From contig JAHLMP010000003.1 in the NCBI GenBank assembly GCA_018920315.1, positions 43,472 to 107,471 on the forward strand: a stretch of 64,000 bases of DNA. Reading direction: 5' to 3'. Shown here one piece after another: positions 35,475-45,844 of the stretch. Each line of letters starts with the position of its first letter. Positions within the stretch are counted from its first letter, which is position 1. The stretch is from Candidatus Aenigmatarchaeota archaeon (GTDB lineage: Archaea; Aenigmatarchaeota; Aenigmatarchaeia; GW2011-AR5; JAHLMP01). The position numbers were made by a program, and so were the translations under genes. The notes beneath the pieces were generated by a model that saw only the letters and a program-made list of their open reading frames with translations, ran no database searches and was not told the DNA's origin.

Positions 35475-36206
35475 CTAAATATTTTTATTTGAAAATAATA
35501 GCAAAGCTTCTTCTTCCATAAAATGAAGTTTGCCTGGAATTATTATAGAATATTGATTTTCATCTTTTAGCAGATTAGAATTGGCTAGCTCTTTCGGAAA
35601 TCCATACAAAATTATTTCATCTCCTTTGTAATTAGAGTAAATGACTATCTTTTCATCCTCTTTTACTATTTCCTCTTTGCAAATTCTCTCTAATGCATCT
35701 CTTATGCTTATCTCTGGATCTATTAAAAGTAATGTATGTAATCCTCTATTTTTATTTTCATCTACTATCTCTTTTATTGATTCTGCTTTAAACTTCGGAA
35801 GCGTTACTGCTCTTCCAAATTTATATAACTGTAAACCAGTAGATGAGATTGCAGTAAAGATCGAAGAACCATGAATTGTTTTCACATCTATTCCATTCTT
35901 TTTAGCTTCTATCGCTAAAGCTATGTGTGTTGTTGCGACAAGAGCATCGCCGGGTATAAGAATTCCAACATTTTTATCTTTAGCGAGCTTTATTATTTTT
36001 TCACTACCTTCTTCTAGATCTTCTCTTTTCAATTCTATTATCTCTTTTCCTATAATATTTTTTAATTTCTTGCAATTTGTTATTATCTTGCTCGTATATC
36101 TTTCAAAAAAGAGATAATCGCAACTTTTAGCTACTTCTAACGCTCTAAGGCTCATATCTTTTTCGTCGCTAATGCCTATGGAGATTAGGAATAGCATAGC
36201 AATCAA
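35475..36206 (-). CDS. dph5: diphthine synthase
   Basis: 243 aa with LFLISIGISDEKDMSLRALEVAKSCDYLFFERYTS and the tetrapyrrole-methylase-like block GILIPGDALVATTH. Confidence 0.9.
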   Translation of the reverse strand: MIAMLFLISIGISDEKDMSLRALEVAKSCDYLFFERYTSKIITNCKKLKNIIGKEIIELKREDLEEGSEKIIKLAKDKNVGILIPGDALVATTHIALAIEAKKNGIDVKTIHGSSIFTAISSTGLQLYKFGRAVTLPKFKAESIKEIVDENKNRGLHTLLLIDPEISIRDALERICKEEIVKEDEKIVIYSNYKGDEIILYGFPKELANSNLLKDENQYSIIIPGKLHFMEEEALLLFSNKNI

Positions 36207-36362
36207 GATTTTTAAATTATTTTAATTATCGGTTTATTTATTGAAAATTTAAAATCATATAGAAAATAAGAAATGATTAATTAAATTAGAATTTGAGAAA
36301 CCGTATTTAAAAAAATAAAAATTCGAATAAAATCTTCTTCCGGCCTAGCGATAAAATCGTTG

Positions 36363-36620
36363 CTACTCTCCTAACCTAACTAAAATTCTATGTAATAACA
36401 TTATCGCTACTATGCCTTCTGCTACGATGAAAAGTAAAAGGATATCGCTGATTATATCTAAAAAGTTATACTCTGGTAGCATAAAGCCTACGCCTGCCAT
36501 CACTAAGATAAATACTGTAAGAATGAGAAGAATGAAGATTGAAATCACTTCTACATATGTATTTATTTGCTTATCCATTTGCTTCGTTTTGTCTTTTTCT
36601 TTTCTACTTTTTTCTGGCAT
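36363..36620 (-). CDS. small two-TM membrane protein
   Basis: 85 aa with a basic N-terminus and two hydrophobic helices. No family recognised. Confidence 0.4.
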   Translation of the reverse strand: MPEKSRKEKDKTKQMDKQINTYVEVISIFILLILTVFILVMAGVGFMLPEYNFLDIISDILLLFIVAEGIVAIMLLHRILVRLGE

Positions 36621-36641
36621 TTATCTCACTACTATTAATTT

Positions 36642-37037
36642 CTAACATATAACTTCATCTGTAAGACCAGGGGAAACAACTCTAACCCTTCCTCCTGCCG
36701 AGCAAGAAGTGGCTAGTGTACACGTCAATATAGTTCCTGGATTAATTGTAGTAATAGCTCCGCAATTCAAAGTAGTAATAACGCCATTTACGAAAACACT
36801 TATTTCCGTAACTCCTACCGGGTATGTTCCCACATTTCTCAATGTTATTGCATTCCCACTTACTCCATCTATTGCTATTCTTTTTCCTTGTTGCTGTCTC
36901 AATACCTCTTGCTCAGATGTTGTTTGATTCATCGCCCCTCCTGTTAATCTCATGAAAAATATATAAGCAAATGCTACAAGAGAAATTGTGATCATCAAAA
37001 GCAAAACTACTGCAATTACAGGTGATATACCTTTCAT
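36642..37037 (-). CDS. archaeal type IV pilin (DUF361 / Pilin_N type)
   Basis: MKGISPVIAVVLLLMITISLVAFAYIFF signature. This is the third pilin paralogue, 25 kb from the pilus locus. Confidence 0.85.
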   Translation of the reverse strand: MKGISPVIAVVLLLMITISLVAFAYIFFMRLTGGAMNQTTSEQEVLRQQQGKRIAIDGVSGNAITLRNVGTYPVGVTEISVFVNGVITTLNCGAITTINPGTILTCTLATSCSAGGRVRVVSPGLTDEVIC

Positions 37038-37145
37038 CTAAATCACTTAAATATAATATTACAAAAAGGCTATTTAAAGTTTTATTATTTTCATAAAGTT
37101 TCATTATAAGAAAAATATTAATATTCTCGAAGAGAAAAGAAAAGT

Positions 37146-37418
37146 ATGCATGCAGCAATAAAAATGATAATAGGAATTTTGATAGCAATAGCAGGAATCT
37201 ATTGGTATCTAGCAGATTACATCGCAACAGGGTGGAAAGCAATCGTAGGAATTAACGCTTGGGAAGCTTTTCTAACAGTATTCTTCGGCTTATTCGGAAT
37301 ATTCCTATTCTTTCTTGGATTGCTAGTAGCATGGATTGAGTATGAAGATATGAAATTTGAAAGCGAGGAGAAGAAAGAAGAAGAAAAAACTAGAGTAGCG
37401 AGAAAAAGAAAGAAGTAA
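37146..37418 (+). CDS. small membrane protein with charged C-terminal tail
   Basis: 90 aa with two to three TM helices, then EEKKEEEKTRVARKRKK. Confidence 0.5.
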   Translation: MHAAIKMIIGILIAIAGIYWYLADYIATGWKAIVGINAWEAFLTVFFGLFGIFLFFLGLLVAWIEYEDMKFESEEKKEEEKTRVARKRKK

Positions 37419-37483
37419 ACTCTAGTTGCTTAATCGCAAATTAAGGTTTTAGCTTTAATTATCTTTTATTTTAACAATTTTTG

Positions 37484-39946
37484 TTAATTAACTATCTCAA
37501 CTACATCTTCATTTTTATATTCTATTTCATCTATTTTCATCGTAGTTTTTATCTCTCTTTCAAATATAGAGAATTTTTCATTTATGATAATCTTTTTCAA
37601 AGGAGCGTTCATTGCAAGCTTATTTTCACTTTTATATTTTCTTATCTTTGCTATTATTTCTATAAGCTCGTCTCCAAGCTTTTCCTCGTCTTCTAATATC
37701 GCTATTTTAATTGGCCAAGATGACATATGAATGCTTTTTTCCTTCTCAAATCTGATAAAATATGATTGATATATCTCTTCAGTTATATGCGGAACTATAG
37801 GGGCGAAGAGCTTTATTATAGAGAGTAAAGAATTGTATAAAGTAAAGAATGCAGACAAAAGCTCGAGTTTATCGTAATTATCATAGTTATATATTCGGTC
37901 TTTTACAATCTCTAAATAGTTATCAGTAAAAATCTTCCAAAAGAATTCTTCAGCTTCTTTCTTAGCCTTAGAGTATTCGTAATTCTCAAAAGCATTTGTG
38001 CACCTTTCTATTGTTCTACTAAGCTTTGTTATTAGCCACTTGTCAATTCTCGATAATTTTTGTATATTAAAATCTTTTACTATTCTCTCGAAATTATTTC
38101 CTTCTACTAAATCTTCTATTCTTTGAAGAGAAAACAAAACAAATCGAGAAGCGTTCCAAAGCTTATTTAAAAATCTCATGCCTTCTATGAAAATCTTTTC
38201 TTGTACCCTCAAATCCTCTCCAAGCTTAGAGCTTGCTGCCCAGTAGCGAAGGCAATCTACGCAATATTTTTCTATTACTTCGCTTGGCTCTATAACATTT
38301 CCCTTTGATTTACTCATCTTTTCTCCTTTGGGATCTAGAGCCCAACCACTAATCATGACGTCTTTCCAAGGTATTTGATTTTCATGAAGATAAAACTTTA
38401 CAACAGTATTAAATAACCAGAATGAAATGATATCATGAGCTTGTGGCCTCAAGCTCATTGGAATTAACCTTTCATAGCATGGTTTATCCTTAAAAAGATC
38501 TGCAACTATTCTTGGAGTTAAAGATGATGTTGCCCAAGTATCAAGAACATCTTGTTCTGGAATAAATTCTTTAGAGCCACAAGAGCAACTGCCTTTTGGT
38601 TTATCCTTTAAAGGATCTACAGGTAATTGATCTTCTTCTGCAAGAATAACACTTTTGCAACGCTTACAATACCATAAAGGAAATGGAACTCCAAAATAAC
38701 GTTGCCTTGATATACACCAATCCCATTTTAAACCTAAAATCCAGTTTTCATATCTTGAAAACATATGCTTTGGATGCCATTTTAATCTTTTTCCATATTC
38801 AAGAAGCTTTTCTTTCAAATCAAGATATTTTATAAACCATTGCTCTGTTGTTAAAAATTCTATAGGCGTGTTGCACCTTTCATGAACATTAATAATATGC
38901 TTAATCTTTTCTATTTTTACTATTGCTCCAAGCCTTTGAAGATCATTTATTATTTCCTTTCTCGCTTCTTGAATGCTCATTCCACAATATTTACCCGCAT
39001 TTTCGTTGAGTTTTCCTTCTTTGTCAATTATCTCTATTATCTTTGTATTAAACCTTTGTGTCCATTCAACATCTTTCGCATCGCCAAAAGTACAATGATA
39101 AACCACGCCACTTCCAAAGCTCATATCAACGTCTTCATTAGCCATTATATCTACATATCTATTATAAATTGGTAATTTTGCTTTTGCCTTTTTATCTAAG
39201 AATTTTTTGTATCTCTCATCATCTGGATTAACATAAATGGCTACGCAAGCTCCCAAAAGCTCTGGCCTTGTTGTCGCGATGATTATATCCTCGTTTATAG
39301 TCGTTTCAAATTTTATATAAACAAGCTCTGCATCAACTTCTTCATCTTTCATTTCTACTTGTGCTATTGCTGTTTTGCATTTCGGGCACCATATAAAAGG
39401 AGCTTTTTTTCTATATATTCTACCTTTTTTGTAAAGCTCTATGAAAGATAATTGAGATGTTTTTCTGCAATGCTCATCAATAGTAGAGTAAAAAACATTC
39501 CAATCTGCAGAAATTCCTAACTTTTTCCAATCTTCTATGAACTTTGGCCTTATCTTCTCTAATGTTTTTAAGCAAAGCTCTATGAATTTTTCTCTTTCCA
39601 TTTCTCTTGATTTTATATTATGAATCTTTTCTATAAGCAATTCTGTTGGTAAGCCATTATCATCTGTGCCAAAAGGGCAAAGAATATTTTCTCCTTTCAT
39701 TCTATGATATCTTGCAATAAAATCCATTTGTGAATAAGAGAAAGCATGCCCAATATGCATCTTCCCAGAGACTGTAGGAGGAGGTGTGTCTATGCTATAT
39801 ATATTTTTATCTGAGTATGGATTAAAAGCGTAAATTCTTTCTCTTTCCCAAAAATCTTGCCATTTCTTTTCTATTTCGTGTGGATTATAATTTTTTGGAA
39901 GATTTATAATAAAATCATTATTCTTAGCTAAATTTGCCTTCTTCAT
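37484..39946 (-). CDS. valS: valyl-tRNA synthetase
   Basis: 820-aa class Ia enzyme with TPPPTVSGKMHIGHAFSY (HIGH), WCISRQRYFGVPFP and KMSKSKGN. The PPP-x-x-SG HIGH context argues for ValRS over Ile/Leu/MetRS. Confidence 0.85.
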   Translation of the reverse strand: MKKANLAKNNDFIINLPKNYNPHEIEKKWQDFWERERIYAFNPYSDKNIYSIDTPPPTVSGKMHIGHAFSYSQMDFIARYHRMKGENILCPFGTDDNGLPTELLIEKIHNIKSREMEREKFIELCLKTLEKIRPKFIEDWKKLGISADWNVFYSTIDEHCRKTSQLSFIELYKKGRIYRKKAPFIWCPKCKTAIAQVEMKDEEVDAELVYIKFETTINEDIIIATTRPELLGACVAIYVNPDDERYKKFLDKKAKAKLPIYNRYVDIMANEDVDMSFGSGVVYHCTFGDAKDVEWTQRFNTKIIEIIDKEGKLNENAGKYCGMSIQEARKEIINDLQRLGAIVKIEKIKHIINVHERCNTPIEFLTTEQWFIKYLDLKEKLLEYGKRLKWHPKHMFSRYENWILGLKWDWCISRQRYFGVPFPLWYCKRCKSVILAEEDQLPVDPLKDKPKGSCSCGSKEFIPEQDVLDTWATSSLTPRIVADLFKDKPCYERLIPMSLRPQAHDIISFWLFNTVVKFYLHENQIPWKDVMISGWALDPKGEKMSKSKGNVIEPSEVIEKYCVDCLRYWAASSKLGEDLRVQEKIFIEGMRFLNKLWNASRFVLFSLQRIEDLVEGNNFERIVKDFNIQKLSRIDKWLITKLSRTIERCTNAFENYEYSKAKKEAEEFFWKIFTDNYLEIVKDRIYNYDNYDKLELLSAFFTLYNSLLSIIKLFAPIVPHITEEIYQSYFIRFEKEKSIHMSSWPIKIAILEDEEKLGDELIEIIAKIRKYKSENKLAMNAPLKKIIINEKFSIFEREIKTTMKIDEIEYKNEDVVEIVN

Positions 39947-40085
39947 AGTATTTATTCAATTATTAGAATCATTTAAAATTTTATTAATAGTATTGTTATC
40001 AGAAGATTTATTTAGTTTGCTAAGAGATTTATTTAATTTGCTAAGGTTTGCTAAATTCCTAATGAAAATATCAAAAATGATTATT

Positions 40086-40655
40086 ATGATAAAAAGAGAA
40101 GTTAGAGTAATAGGTTGGGATGATACAAAGTTTGAGAGAAATCAGAAAGAGGGTATTACTCTTATAGGTGTTATTGTTCGCGGCGGAAGCTTTTTAGATG
40201 GAATGCTAACTACAAGAGTAGCTTATGATGGTTTAGATGCTACTGAAAAAATTGCAAAAGCTATAAACAATTCTCGACACAAAGATCAGCTACGCTACAT
40301 TATGACAAATGGTATATCTTTTGCTGGTTTTAACCTTGTTGACATAAAAGAGTTGTATAAACTTACTAACTTGCCTACTATTGCCATTATGAGAAAGATG
40401 CCAAATATAAAAAAATTTATAGATGCAATGAAAATATTTGATGACTTTGAAAAAAGAAAAGAGATTGTAAAAAATGCTGGAAAGATATATCTCTTCCAAA
40501 AGAAAAGGATTTATTATCAAAAAGCAGGAATTAGTAAGAAAGAAGCTGACGAATTAATAAACATTACAGCAACGCACTCTAACGTTCCTGAGCCAATAAG
40601 GCTTGCGCACATAGTAGCGACTGGACTGACAGGAGAATCAAAAGGAAGGGCGTGA
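40086..40655 (+). CDS. DUF99 / UPF0215 family protein
   Basis: MIKREVRVIGWDDTKF...LIGVIVRGGSFLDGMLTTRVAYDGLDATEKI...NGISFAGFN matches the DUF99 pattern. The track ORF starts at 39993 through AT-rich upstream sequence. Confidence 0.8.
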   Translation: MIKREVRVIGWDDTKFERNQKEGITLIGVIVRGGSFLDGMLTTRVAYDGLDATEKIAKAINNSRHKDQLRYIMTNGISFAGFNLVDIKELYKLTNLPTIAIMRKMPNIKKFIDAMKIFDDFEKRKEIVKNAGKIYLFQKKRIYYQKAGISKKEADELINITATHSNVPEPIRLAHIVATGLTGESKGRA

Positions 40656-40883
40656 AAATAATTCAAAAAAGACAATAAATTAGAATATGTTAAATTAAAA
40701 TTATTTGCAATGTAAATTAAGATTGTGATCAATGAATTTTTTGGTCAAAATAGAAAAATAATCGCAAAGATTTTTACCTTGATTTTTTCATTATTTCTTC
40801 TTAGGCTTTTTTCTCACTTATATCTCGTGCTCTCCTTTAGAAAAATCTTCTTTATATTCTTATTTAGGAAAATATTTTCTAAA

Positions 40884-41627
40884 TTACTCTTCTTCTATCC
40901 TCGGAGCAAGAATGAAAGAAAGAACGATCTCATTTCCTCTCTCAAAAGTCATTTTCATTGGATAGTTTGTATCAAACTCTATTATAACATTTTCTGATAT
41001 TTTTCTTCCTTTTATCATCTTTTTCAAATAATCAAGAGAATAGGTTGCTTTTGCATTCTTTTCTCCACTAAACTTAGCTTTATCTTTTCCAATAATCAAT
41101 TCAGAAGAACTTGAATCACCTTCTGCTTTTAATGCTAAAGCATCTTTTGTAACTTCAAATGTTAAAGCATCGCTTACTAAATCTGCATCCTCTATTCCAT
41201 CTTCTAATGCAGAAGATGGTAGTTCTAATTTTACTGGAAAAACTAACTTTTCAATTCCTTGTGGTATCTCTTCACGTATTTCTAATAAAGGTATGCTAAA
41301 CCTTCTTATAGATTCTCCTTTAAGGGTAATGACAAACTTGTTATCAGAAACTAAGAATTCTGTGATATCGCTACTTCTCGCTCTTTTGAGAATCTGCAAA
41401 AGGTTCGTTAAGTTTATGCCAATGGCTAAATCACTTTCATAATTATATTCTCTAAAGTTCTTAGAAGAAAATTTGAAATCTACAACAGCAACAACAGCTC
41501 TATCACTTGCTATAAGTTCTAATCCACTCTTTTTTATTTTAATTTGGGTCTCTTCTATAATCTCAGAAATTGTAGCTATAGAATCGCGAAATGTTGATAA
41601 ATCATCGAGCACAGCTTTAAAGCCCAC
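40884..41627 (-). CDS. pcn: DNA polymerase sliding clamp (PCNA)
   Basis: 247 aa with the typical PCNA N-terminus FKAVLDDLSTFRDSIATISEIIEE...SGLELIASDRAVVAVVDF and a two-domain length. Confidence 0.9.
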   Translation of the reverse strand: MGFKAVLDDLSTFRDSIATISEIIEETQIKIKKSGLELIASDRAVVAVVDFKFSSKNFREYNYESDLAIGINLTNLLQILKRARSSDITEFLVSDNKFVITLKGESIRRFSIPLLEIREEIPQGIEKLVFPVKLELPSSALEDGIEDADLVSDALTFEVTKDALALKAEGDSSSSELIIGKDKAKFSGEKNAKATYSLDYLKKMIKGRKISENVIIEFDTNYPMKMTFERGNEIVLSFILAPRIEEE

Positions 41628-41746
41628 TTATCTCACCAATTTTTAAAATATAACAAAGTTTTCCATTTGACTGATATCAATTTTGCATATTTATTATAAA
41701 AATTTAATTCTAACTTATTTTTAAATTTTTAATTGTTTTTTAGATA

Positions 41747-42937
41747 ATGATTAACATGCAAATTTTTATATTACAATTTTTAAGCTCTATCCCAATAGAA
41801 GCCTTGTCCTTTTTATTATTTATCTCAATACTTCTTGCTATAATATTCATAGATAAGAAGAATATTCAAATACAAGGAATTTTGATTCTAAGAAAAACAG
41901 AGAAAGGAAGAAGATTTGTGGATAATATTGCAAAGAATAAAAAAATTCTTAATCCTCTTGCAAAAATTTCTGTAATAGCTGGAATAGTATTAATGATATA
42001 TGCATCTTTTTTGATATTCTCTCTTTTCCTTGAAGTTCTGCTTGGAATTAGAAAAATTGGCGCTCTGCTACTTGCTCCTGGCCCAGTTAGTGAGGTTAAA
42101 GTATTACCTGGCGTAATGATAGTTCCGTGGTATTTTTGGGTTATAGGAATAGGAAGCGTAGTTATATTTCATGAGCTTTCGCATGCAATCTTTTCTAGAT
42201 TAGAAGGAATAAAAGTAAAATCTTTTGGGCTTCTTTTATTTCTAATATTTCCTGGAGCTTTTTGTGAGCCAGATGAAAAGCAATTAAAAAAAGCTAAAAC
42301 TCTTACAAAACTAAAAATTTATTCTGCTGGTTCTTTTAGCAATGTTACGCTTGCCATAATTACTCTTTTTGTAATCATTCTATTCTTTTCTCTTTTCTAT
42401 GAACCTTATGGCATAGGTTTTGAAAGTTATTTGAATGATTCACTGAAACCATCGCCAGCTCAAGAGGTTAATCTTAGTGGTATTATTCTATATATTAATG
42501 GAATAAGAGTTAGAACAATAGAAGAATTCTCAAGCGTTATGAGAAATGTAAAACCCGGAGAAGAAATTAAAATAGAAACTACTAAAGGAAATTTTTCAAT
42601 AGTTACTACTAGCGATGCAAATGATGAAACAAGAGCGATTATAGGAATAAGAAATGTTTATACATTTACAAAAGTCAAAGAAAAGATGCAAGCATTAGAA
42701 AATATTTTAGATTTTATAGTTGCGATTTTTATGTGGATATATTTCTTGAATTTAAATATTGGTATAATAAATCTCCTTCCAATAAAACCATTAGACGGTG
42801 GCCTTATGTTTTATGAAATAGTAAGAAAGTTTTCAAATGAAAGAATTGCAAAGAAGGTAACAAAAATCATTTCTATATTTTTTGCATTTATCTTAGCGAT
42901 CATAGTTCTATTTCCAATATTTTTAGCTTTAAAATAA
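41747..42937 (+). CDS. site-2 protease (M50 family) with PDZ domain
   Basis: HELSHAIF (HExxH) lies in a TM helix, and NLLPIKPLDGG forms the second metal-ligand motif. A PDZ-like insert (ILYINGIRVRTIEEFSSVMRNVKPGEEIKIET) is present. Confidence 0.9.
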   Translation: MINMQIFILQFLSSIPIEALSFLLFISILLAIIFIDKKNIQIQGILILRKTEKGRRFVDNIAKNKKILNPLAKISVIAGIVLMIYASFLIFSLFLEVLLGIRKIGALLLAPGPVSEVKVLPGVMIVPWYFWVIGIGSVVIFHELSHAIFSRLEGIKVKSFGLLLFLIFPGAFCEPDEKQLKKAKTLTKLKIYSAGSFSNVTLAIITLFVIILFFSLFYEPYGIGFESYLNDSLKPSPAQEVNLSGIILYINGIRVRTIEEFSSVMRNVKPGEEIKIETTKGNFSIVTTSDANDETRAIIGIRNVYTFTKVKEKMQALENILDFIVAIFMWIYFLNLNIGIINLLPIKPLDGGLMFYEIVRKFSNERIAKKVTKIISIFFAFILAIIVLFPIFLALK

Positions 42938-43129
42938 GCTTTAAAATAAAGATTTGAATTTTACTCGAGATTCTTAGAATTATCAATTTAGAATGTCGAA
43001 AAATATTGTAATATATTTAAATTTTTGAAAATTGAAACCTTGCTATAAATTGTGATTATAAATTAAAAGTTATATATGCGCTGCGAAAATTATAGATGAT
43101 GAATTATTGGATACAAATCTTCTCGCTAT

Positions 43130-43705
43130 CTAGAAAAATCTTTTTCTTGATGGTGCTACAAATATATTATATTTCTCATTTCCTTCTAATTCTTGAAGAA
43201 CGCGCTTTTTTATTATTTTTACTATATCTGAGATACCAACCTTTTTTTCTATTTCTTCAAAGGATTGATATGGCCTATTTTTTATTATAACTTGAATATA
43301 CTTTTTTCCTATTCCTGGCAAAAGTTCGAGCTTATGAAGTCTTGGCGTAATAGTAGATGCAACATTAAAAAAATCGACAAATTTTTTCTCATTCCTCTTT
43401 ATAAGATTTTCTACAACCTCTTCAAGATTTGAAAGCGCAACACCCGTAAGCTCATTCTTTCCTATTCTTCTTTTTATCAATTTTATCTTGTCTCTATTGC
43501 CGCTGCCAATATAAACCTCTTCTCCTTGCTCTAGATTAACATTCTCTTTCGCAACCAATTCAAGAAGAGAAAAGTAGTTTGTACCTATGGCTTGAGCTAT
43601 TGGTTCAGGACGCCTCATCCCAGAATAGCCACGAGGCAAGAAGTCTAAAACTATTGCATAATCTTCCTTCATAAAAATTCCAATAGCTATTGTCATGGTA
43701 ATCAT
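43130..43705 (-). CDS. DUF655 family protein (OB/HhH putative RNA-binding)
   Basis: YAIVLDFLPRGY...PIAQAIGTNYFSLLELV...FVDFFNVASTITPRLHKLELLPGIGKK matches the DUF655 pattern. It sits in the conserved position next to rpoF and L21e. Confidence 0.85.
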   Translation of the reverse strand: MITMTIAIGIFMKEDYAIVLDFLPRGYSGMRRPEPIAQAIGTNYFSLLELVAKENVNLEQGEEVYIGSGNRDKIKLIKRRIGKNELTGVALSNLEEVVENLIKRNEKKFVDFFNVASTITPRLHKLELLPGIGKKYIQVIIKNRPYQSFEEIEKKVGISDIVKIIKKRVLQELEGNEKYNIFVAPSRKRFF

Positions 43706-43786
43706 CTATCTTATAATTTTCTTTATTTTTTACACATTTTTCATATTTCATGACAATCTTTCAATTTTATAATTATCTTCTCTTCT

Positions 43787-44104
43787 TTAGCCCTTTGTAT
43801 ACTTTCTTACAATCTCTAATGTATTCTTTATCTCCTCTTTCTTATACTTCTCTTTACTAAATAACATTAGAAATTCCTCTTCTACTTCAGGCATAGTATT
43901 TATTATCGTTACTATCTGCTTTTTATTAAATATGTTTAGCTTTGATAGCTCTTCTTCTAATTTTTCTGCATCGCTTTTTGATAATATTGGAATTTTGTGG
44001 AGATATTCGCTACAAATCTTTTGCTCTGGTTTCTCCTTTTCTATTTCTGCAAATATCTTTTTTGCTTCAGTATTTGTTATAAATTCTTCTTTCAGTATTT
44101 CCAT
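43787..44104 (-). CDS. rpoF: RNA polymerase subunit F (Rpo4)
   Basis: 105-aa helical acidic protein in the conserved L21e-rpoF-DUF655 gene order. The call rests mostly on context. Confidence 0.65.
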   Translation of the reverse strand: MEILKEEFITNTEAKKIFAEIEKEKPEQKICSEYLHKIPILSKSDAEKLEEELSKLNIFNKKQIVTIINTMPEVEEEFLMLFSKEKYKKEEIKNTLEIVRKYTKG

Positions 44105-44491
44105 ATAAACACCAACTTTTCAAAATTTATTTATTGCCCTTCAGATGTAATTATTGAATATAATTTTAAAAATTATTAAAGCTTAGTTTTCTAAGTTTAG
44201 TTTTATTTCTCTTTTCTTCTATTTTCCATTTTTAGAAATTCTTAAAGGCTGTGTCTTATGTAATGTCTTATGTAAATTTGTAAAGTCATTGTTAGAAATT
44301 TGCAGCATATTTTTATTAGAGACATTTTCAAAATTTTTCTATAAAATTATCAAAAATTATTTTTCTACAAAACTCTAGAAAGTCGTTTCCAAAATATTTA
44401 AAATCTTTATATTTTGTAATAGTTTGCATAGGTAAAGAATCCTTATACATAACTTAATATCTTGCGATGTTAACATCTTGCGATGACTCTT

Positions 44492-44791
44492 TTATTTATT
44501 CTTTGTTGCTTGGCTTTTTATTATTTTTAGATGTTCTGGTCTTGCTATCACAATCTTTTTTGTTTCCATATCCTTTACTTCTATAATATAGGCCTTTCCC
44601 CTCTTTCCTATTACTTTTCCAACCCTTCCTTGAAACTTTGGATGAGGATGTTTTTTACATGCTGATTGAATATCTATAGCAACCCTATCTCCAATATTAA
44701 ACTCTTTTATAAATAAACTTGGCTTTAAAACATCTTCTTGCTTAAGTTTATATCTTGTTTTTCTTCTAAATCCCCTTGTTTTTATTGTCAT
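44492..44791 (-). CDS. rpl21e: 50S ribosomal protein L21e
   Basis: RGFRRKTRYKL...FNIGDRVAIDIQSA...HPKFQGRVGKVIGKRGKAYIIEV. Confidence 0.95.
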   Translation of the reverse strand: MTIKTRGFRRKTRYKLKQEDVLKPSLFIKEFNIGDRVAIDIQSACKKHPHPKFQGRVGKVIGKRGKAYIIEVKDMETKKIVIARPEHLKIIKSQATKNK

Positions 44792-44873
44792 TTTCTTTTC
44801 ACCATTCTTTATTTTCTTAAAATTTTATTTCCATAAATTTCCAAACAAAAATTAAGTGTTGATTGACTTTTCT

Positions 44874-45230
44874 CTAGCTCTCCTCCTTTAACTCTGGGAA
44901 CATCTTTTGTAATTTTTTGCCACTCTCTTCTAGAGATTCTCTAAGCTTTATCTCGCTTCTTTCTAATACCTTTACCTGAAGGTCGGTCTCTTCGAGAGCA
45001 TCTTTCAATTCTTTTAAAAGCTCTTCTTTGCTTTTCATTATCATAATCGTGCCAGCGATTTTATACGCTTCCTTAACTTCACTTTTCTCTAATTCATTTA
45101 TCGCTTGTTCTATCTCAACCTTTTTAAGCATTAACGCTTGCTTTTGTAATAACATACGCTCTAATTGCTCGCTCTCTTTCTGAAACTTAGCAACTAACTC
45201 TTCAGCTTGTCTTCTTTCCTCTTCATTCAT
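44874..45230 (-). CDS. pfdB: prefoldin beta subunit
   Basis: 118-aa coiled coil-hairpin-coiled coil protein (AINELEKS...EAYKIAGTIMIMKSKEELLKEL). It lies in the conserved neighbourhood with L37ae and rpoP. Confidence 0.85.
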   Translation of the reverse strand: MNEEERRQAEELVAKFQKESEQLERMLLQKQALMLKKVEIEQAINELEKSEVKEAYKIAGTIMIMKSKEELLKELKDALEETDLQVKVLERSEIKLRESLEESGKKLQKMFPELKEES

Positions 45231-45274
45231 CTAAAACACCAAAATTTTGAAGATAAAATTCAAATAAAAGTTAT

Positions 45275-45412
45275 TTAAATAGCATCTACAATCTTTCCAA
45301 CCTCTGGCCTTGGCTTTTTTACAATTCTATATCCACAATAAGGACACTGTACCTTATCCTTTATTTCAAATCTTTTCCTGCAAGACAAACATTCATATAA
45401 AACCATTTTCAT
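45275..45412 (-). CDS. rpoP: RNA polymerase subunit P (Rpo12)
   Basis: Own translation; at 45 aa it is below the track cut-off: MKMVLYECLSCRKRFEIKDKVQCPYCGYRIVKKPRPEVGKIVDAI. Zinc ribbon CxxC...CxxCGYRI. Confidence 0.85.
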   Translation of the reverse strand: MKMVLYECLSCRKRFEIKDKVQCPYCGYRIVKKPRPEVGKIVDAI

Positions 45413-45455
45413 CACCTTTTATTTCTAATAATCTTTCTATCCATATTAATTCTGT

Positions 45456-45641
45456 TTAGCTCTCAATACCTTTAAATTCATAAGCATCTGAAGCAAACTT
45501 TGTTTTACATTTCTTGCATTGCCATATGCCAGACGCTACTCTCACAACGCTATTTCTAGAGCACGCTGGACAAGGATAATTCTTTTTTGGTTTTAGCTTT
45601 TCTCTTCTTTCTCTAACGCTCTTTCCATATCTTGATACCAT
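45456..45641 (-). CDS. rpl37ae: 50S ribosomal protein L37Ae (eL43)
   Basis: RYGKSVRER...YPCPACSRNSVVRVASGIWQCKKCKTKFA zinc ribbon. Confidence 0.9.
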   Translation of the reverse strand: MVSRYGKSVRERREKLKPKKNYPCPACSRNSVVRVASGIWQCKKCKTKFASDAYEFKGIES

Positions 45642-45844
45642 AGAGAATTATTTTATAAGAAAAACTTAAAAATTAATTAAAGCTAACGAATGGCAATCTA
45701 TTCTTATTTGATTGCTCAATTCTCATTTAATTTTAAGTGAAATTTTTATTTAATATTCTACTTTAATTTCGAGATTGCTCGGCATGGATATGTAATTCTT
45801 TATAAGTGATAACTTTTTTAAATATTTAATCTCTATTTAATTTC

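Noticed and set aside
34571-36206. Candidate for the missing ribose-1,5-bisphosphate isomerase of the AMP pathway.
   Set aside because: The two genes here match the DUF362 and diphthine synthase patterns, not the e2b2/IF-2B family. No e2b2-like sequence was seen in any ORF of the window.
40725-40997. 90-aa plus-strand ORF between the DUF99 gene and PCNA.
   Set aside because: It has a Phe/Leu/Ile-rich low-complexity translation and overlaps the 3' end of the PCNA gene on the other strand.
44105-44491. 387-nt gene-free stretch with the short direct repeats TGTCTTATGTAA x2 and ATCTTGCGATG x2.
   Set aside because: No ORF, RNA-like GC island or stable long helix was found. The repeats are short and could be chance, so it is not supported as a feature.
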